A stretch of 18,175 nt of DNA from Fidelibacterota bacterium. Lineage in GTDB: Bacteria; Fidelibacterota; UBA2242. Under the pieces are notes generated by a model. That model was given only the letters and a program-made list of their open reading frames with translations, ran no database searches and was not told the origin of the DNA. Where the stretch lies: NCBI GenBank assembly GCA_049975265.1, contig JBNGDF010000038.1:1-18175 (forward strand), written 5' to 3'. Within the stretch, counting starts at the first letter, position 1. Every line of letters starts with the position of its first letter. Of this stretch, positions 14,994 through 18,175 are shown piece by piece. Position numbers and translations under genes: made by a program.

Positions 14994-17900
14994 TTAAATC
15001 TTTCCATCAGAAATATCAAAAAACCGTTCAAAGAAGCGTGTTAATTTCTCCAAAACACTCTCCCGTATTTTGGAACGCTCTCCTCCGGGAGAAAAGCGCG
15101 AAACAGGCGGTAAGACTTTGGCTAGATCAGTACCTGCGGTTGCAACATTGCCATTACGAAACGAGTTTCGTATAAATTTATAAGATTCGTCGTGATCAAG
15201 ATTTTCATTCTTAATAATCTCCTCCAGTTCCTCGATCATTTTCTTTTCCACATACTTTTGCCAGTCTTCATCTACCACCGAATGGACATCAAGCGAAGCA
15301 ATAAACTGATTGATAAGATCTTTTTTATTGCGTAGTTCAACACTTGAGTCGATAGCTCTATTAATATCAACAAGCAATTCGCGGTTCTTGATATGGTCTT
15401 CGTGATATTTTTTAACAAGCCCTATAATATAATCGATGTTAATCTCAATTTGCCTAATGAGTTCCATTTCAAACACGAGGTCGTCGTTGACATTCTCTTT
15501 CTCTCCCTTATCCTTTTTGCGAAACTCATTATAAAGGTCAATATAGATGCTGTGATAATCCTGAATATCCCGTTCGGTTAAAATTTCGTTGCCGCTAAAT
15601 TCGTCAAAAGTAACCAGGATATTTCTCACGCGCAAGATCGCGCCATAAAGCCTGATGAAATCCTTTTGATTTTGTTCTCCTATAATCCGCTCGCCAACAG
15701 GAAATTTTTCCAAAAGCTCTTTAACCAGACTAACATAGCCACGGACTTCCTTGTCCCCGTCTTTGTAGCCGTTATAGTACTCGTCATAGGATTTTAACAA
15801 CACGATACCGCTGGCTTCCTTGTCGCCAAAGAGCGCAATGGATTCATTGGTCGCTTTTTCCAGATTGCGGAAGCAGACTATGTTTCCGAAGGTCTTGATG
15901 GTGTTTAATATGCGGTTAGTGCGCGAATACGCCTGCAGGAGTCCATGCAGACGCAGGTTTTTATCCACCCACAAGGTATTGAGCGTTGTCGCATCAAAGC
16001 CGGTCAGAAACATATTGACCACCAGCAGGATGTCAATTTCACGGTTCTTCACCCGTTCGCTGACATCCTTGTAGTAATTCTGAAATTTATCGGATGAGGT
16101 GTCATAAGATGTTCCGAACAGGGCGTTATAATCCTGTATGGCGCTTTCAAGAAAATCCCTGGAGTTTTGGTCAAGTCCGCGGGTATCTTCAGAGTTTTCA
16201 TCGATCATGCCGTCTATTTCTTCCTCATTGACACCATAGCTGTAAATGAGCGCTATCTTGAGTTTTCTATCACTCGGCGCGTCCGCCAGCTGTCTTTGGA
16301 ATTCAGCGTAGTATTTTTTTGCCGCATCGATCGAAGAAACGGCAAAGATGGAGTTAAACCCGGCAAGTCTGCGGTCCTTGAGTTTGTAATAACTGTTCCG
16401 CTTGGTTTTCTGATCAAAATGCTCACAGATGTACCCGACGATGTTTGCCAAACGCTCCGGCGCAGCCAGTGCCGCTTCCCGGTCAATATCCCGCACTTTT
16501 TTATCTTCAATATTTTCCGCTTCGTGCAGGGTGGAAATGTAATCTATTTTGAAAGGTAAAACATTTTTATCGGCAATGGCATCCACGATGGTGTAAGTAT
16601 GCAGCTTCTCACCGAAAGCCTGGGCGGTGGTCTTGAAATCCGGTCTGCCTCCGGAGGAGGCATTTACGGCAAAGATCGGGGTGCCGGTAAAACCGAAAAG
16701 GTGATAGTTTTTAAACGCCTTTGTAATGGCGGAATGCATTTCACCGAACTGTGAGCGGTGGCACTCATCAAAGATCAGCACGATGTGACCCTCGAATATG
16801 GTATGACCTTTATTGCGACTTATAAAGCGGTCCAGTTTCTGAATTGTGGTAATAATAATGCGTGCGTTAGGATCTTCAAGCTGGCGTTTTAATATCGCCG
16901 TACTCGTATTGCTGTTAGCGGCGCCCTTCTCGAATTTATCGTATTCACGCATAGTCTGATAGTCGAGGTCTTTGCGATCAACGACAAAAAGCACCTTGTC
17001 AACATAGGGTAATTTACTTGCCAGTCGGGCGGTCTTGAAACTGGTCAGCGTCTTTCCCGAGCCGGTCGTGTGCCAGATATAACCGCCGGCTTCCAGCGTT
17101 CCGAGTTTCTTGTAATTGGTACTGATCTCTATCTTATTGAGTATCCTTTCGGTCGCTACGATCTGATACGGTCGCATGACCAAAAGCTGTTTTTCAGTAG
17201 TGAACACGCAGTAACGGGTAAGAATGTTAAGCAGCACATGTTTGGCAAAAAAGGTCTTGGCAAAATCCACAAGATCGGGGATCGGCTTGTTGGTGGCATC
17301 CGCCCACCAGCTGGTAAATTCAAAGCTGTTGCTGGAGCGTTTCCCTTTTTTGATGCTGCCTTCTATGGATTCCCGGATATGCTCGGAGCGTGTGGTGTTG
17401 CTGTAGTATTTGGTATGCGTGCCGTTGGAAATGACAAATATCTGCACGTATTCATAGAGTCCGGATCCTGCCCAGAAGCTTTCCCGCTGATAGCGGTTGA
17501 TCTGATTGAAGGCTTCCTGTATGGCTACACCGCGGCGTTTGAGTTCAATATGCACAAGCGGCAAGCCGTTGACCAGCACCGTTACATCATAACGATTCTG
17601 GCGCGTTGCAAAATTCCCCTCCTCAGGAGGGGTGGCGCCGTCAGGCGACGGGGTAGTCTCATACTGATTGATCACCTGCAGGTGGTTATTATGAATGTTG
17701 TCTTTGCAGAGCAGGTAAATATTTTTATCTGTGCCGTCATCGCGCTTGAGAATCTTGATATAGTCTTCCTGAATGGTTTCGGTTTTTTCGGCGATGCTTT
17801 GGTTGGGGTTGGCGATTTCGCCGGTAAAGAAGCGCTGCCACTCCTTGTCGGTAAAGCGGTAGTCGTTGAGTATTTCAAGCTGTGTTCGCAGGTTCCGCAC

Positions 17901-18077
17901 AAGGTCTTCTTCGCTGTGTATGGCGATGTATTCGTAAGCCTGTTCCTGAAGCTGTTCGATAAAGGCGCGTTCCAGTTCCGCCTCGCTCTGGTATGTTTTG
18001 GCGGTGCGGTATGCGGGCGTGTATTCCGCCACCACTGTGCTTTGGGGATTTTCCGCAATGGTATTATACATGGTCAT
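14994..18077 (-). CDS. hsdR: Type I restriction-modification system restriction subunit R (EcoR124-like)
   Basis: QSEAELE, nuclease motifs RYDVTVLVNGLPLVHIELK and QINRY, MRPYQ, Walker A HTTGSGKT, DECHR, FTGTP, MFLTGFD and QAYSRTNR. Confidence 0.97.
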   Translation of the reverse strand: MTMYNTIAENPQSTVVAEYTPAYRTAKTYQSEAELERAFIEQLQEQAYEYIAIHSEEDLVRNLRTQLEILNDYRFTDKEWQRFFTGEIANPNQSIAEKTETIQEDYIKILKRDDGTDKNIYLLCKDNIHNNHLQVINQYETTPSPDGATPPEEGNFATRQNRYDVTVLVNGLPLVHIELKRRGVAIQEAFNQINRYQRESFWAGSGLYEYVQIFVISNGTHTKYYSNTTRSEHIRESIEGSIKKGKRSSNSFEFTSWWADATNKPIPDLVDFAKTFFAKHVLLNILTRYCVFTTEKQLLVMRPYQIVATERILNKIEISTNYKKLGTLEAGGYIWHTTGSGKTLTSFKTARLASKLPYVDKVLFVVDRKDLDYQTMREYDKFEKGAANSNTSTAILKRQLEDPNARIIITTIQKLDRFISRNKGHTIFEGHIVLIFDECHRSQFGEMHSAITKAFKNYHLFGFTGTPIFAVNASSGGRPDFKTTAQAFGEKLHTYTIVDAIADKNVLPFKIDYISTLHEAENIEDKKVRDIDREAALAAPERLANIVGYICEHFDQKTKRNSYYKLKDRRLAGFNSIFAVSSIDAAKKYYAEFQRQLADAPSDRKLKIALIYSYGVNEEEIDGMIDENSEDTRGLDQNSRDFLESAIQDYNALFGTSYDTSSDKFQNYYKDVSERVKNREIDILLVVNMFLTGFDATTLNTLWVDKNLRLHGLLQAYSRTNRILNTIKTFGNIVCFRNLEKATNESIALFGDKEASGIVLLKSYDEYYNGYKDGDKEVRGYVSLVKELLEKFPVGERIIGEQNQKDFIRLYGAILRVRNILVTFDEFSGNEILTERDIQDYHSIYIDLYNEFRKKDKGEKENVNDDLVFEMELIRQIEINIDYIIGLVKKYHEDHIKNRELLVDINRAIDSSVELRNKKDLINQFIASLDVHSVVDEDWQKYVEKKMIEELEEIIKNENLDHDESYKFIRNSFRNGNVATAGTDLAKVLPPVSRFSPGGERSKIRESVLEKLTRFFERFFDISDGKI
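17613..17657. repeat. Palindromic REP-like element lying in frame within hsdR
   Basis: ATT-CCCCTCC-TCA-GGAGGGG-TGG-CGCC-GTCA-GGCG-ACGGGG. It is homologous to the 39-bp units at 18083-18175 and encodes TPSPDGATPPEEGN. Confidence 0.85.
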
Positions 18078-18175
18078 ATTTCATTCCCCTTCTGTGGAGG
18101 GGTGCCCGTCAGGGCGGGTTTATTCCCCTTCTTTGGAGTGGTGTGACTCAGGGCGGGATTATTCCCCTCCTGTGG
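18074..18175 (-). CDS. 3' end of an upstream ORF (truncated by the window edge), built of repeat-encoded peptide and overlapping the hsdR start (ATGA)
   Basis: Open frame PQEGNNPALSHTTPKKGNKPALTGTPPQKGNEI*. Its TGA (18076-18074) overlaps the hsdR ATG (18077-18075). Confidence 0.55.
   Translation of the reverse strand, partial: PQEGNNPALSHTTPKKGNKPALTGTPPQKGNEI
18083..18175. repeat. Tandem array of 39-bp palindromic units (2 full + 1 partial, continues beyond the window)
   Basis: Units start at 18083, 18122 and 18161: ATTCCCCTTCTGTGGAGGGGTGCCCGTCAGGGCGGGTTT / ATTCCCCTTCTTTGGAGTGGTGTGACTCAGGGCGGGATT / ATTCCCCTCCTGTGG. Confidence 0.9.

Noticed and set aside
17070..18146. 358-aa plus-strand ORF
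   Set aside because: Antisense shadow of hsdR with no independent evidence.
18083..18175. Possible CRISPR array
   Set aside because: The units are contiguous 39-bp degenerate tandem repeats with no unique spacers, and no cas genes are in view.

Overview
Bacterial genomic window, probably a Gram-negative FCB-like lineage (inferred from the TonB-dependent receptor/lipoprotein pair and REP types; not proven). The left part carries an FkbM methyltransferase, an aldo/keto reductase, an internally deleted PIN/VapC remnant and a tRNA-Met(CAT) with a tandem degenerate copy broken by two mini-hairpin insertions. The middle carries a C69 dipeptidase, a cysteine synthase and a TonB-dependent receptor + lipoprotein operon. 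The right half (9059-18175) is a run of minus-strand accessory genes: membrane proteins, two flavodoxin-like genes, a RibD-C reductase, an SGNH hydrolase, a HExxH protein and type I restriction subunit hsdR. Main observations: (1) a CCCCTCC..GGAGGGG/CCGTCAGG palindromic element lies in frame inside hsdR and also forms a translated 39-bp tandem array in the ORF coupled upstream of hsdR; (2) a tRNA ghost copy is interrupted by 27-nt and 18-nt insertions; (3) a second REP family (AACCTTCCGAAGGTT) punctuates gene boundaries; (4) four accessory genes each carry one localized stop or frameshift lesion. All calls come from reading the sequence and recalling motifs; no searches were run.
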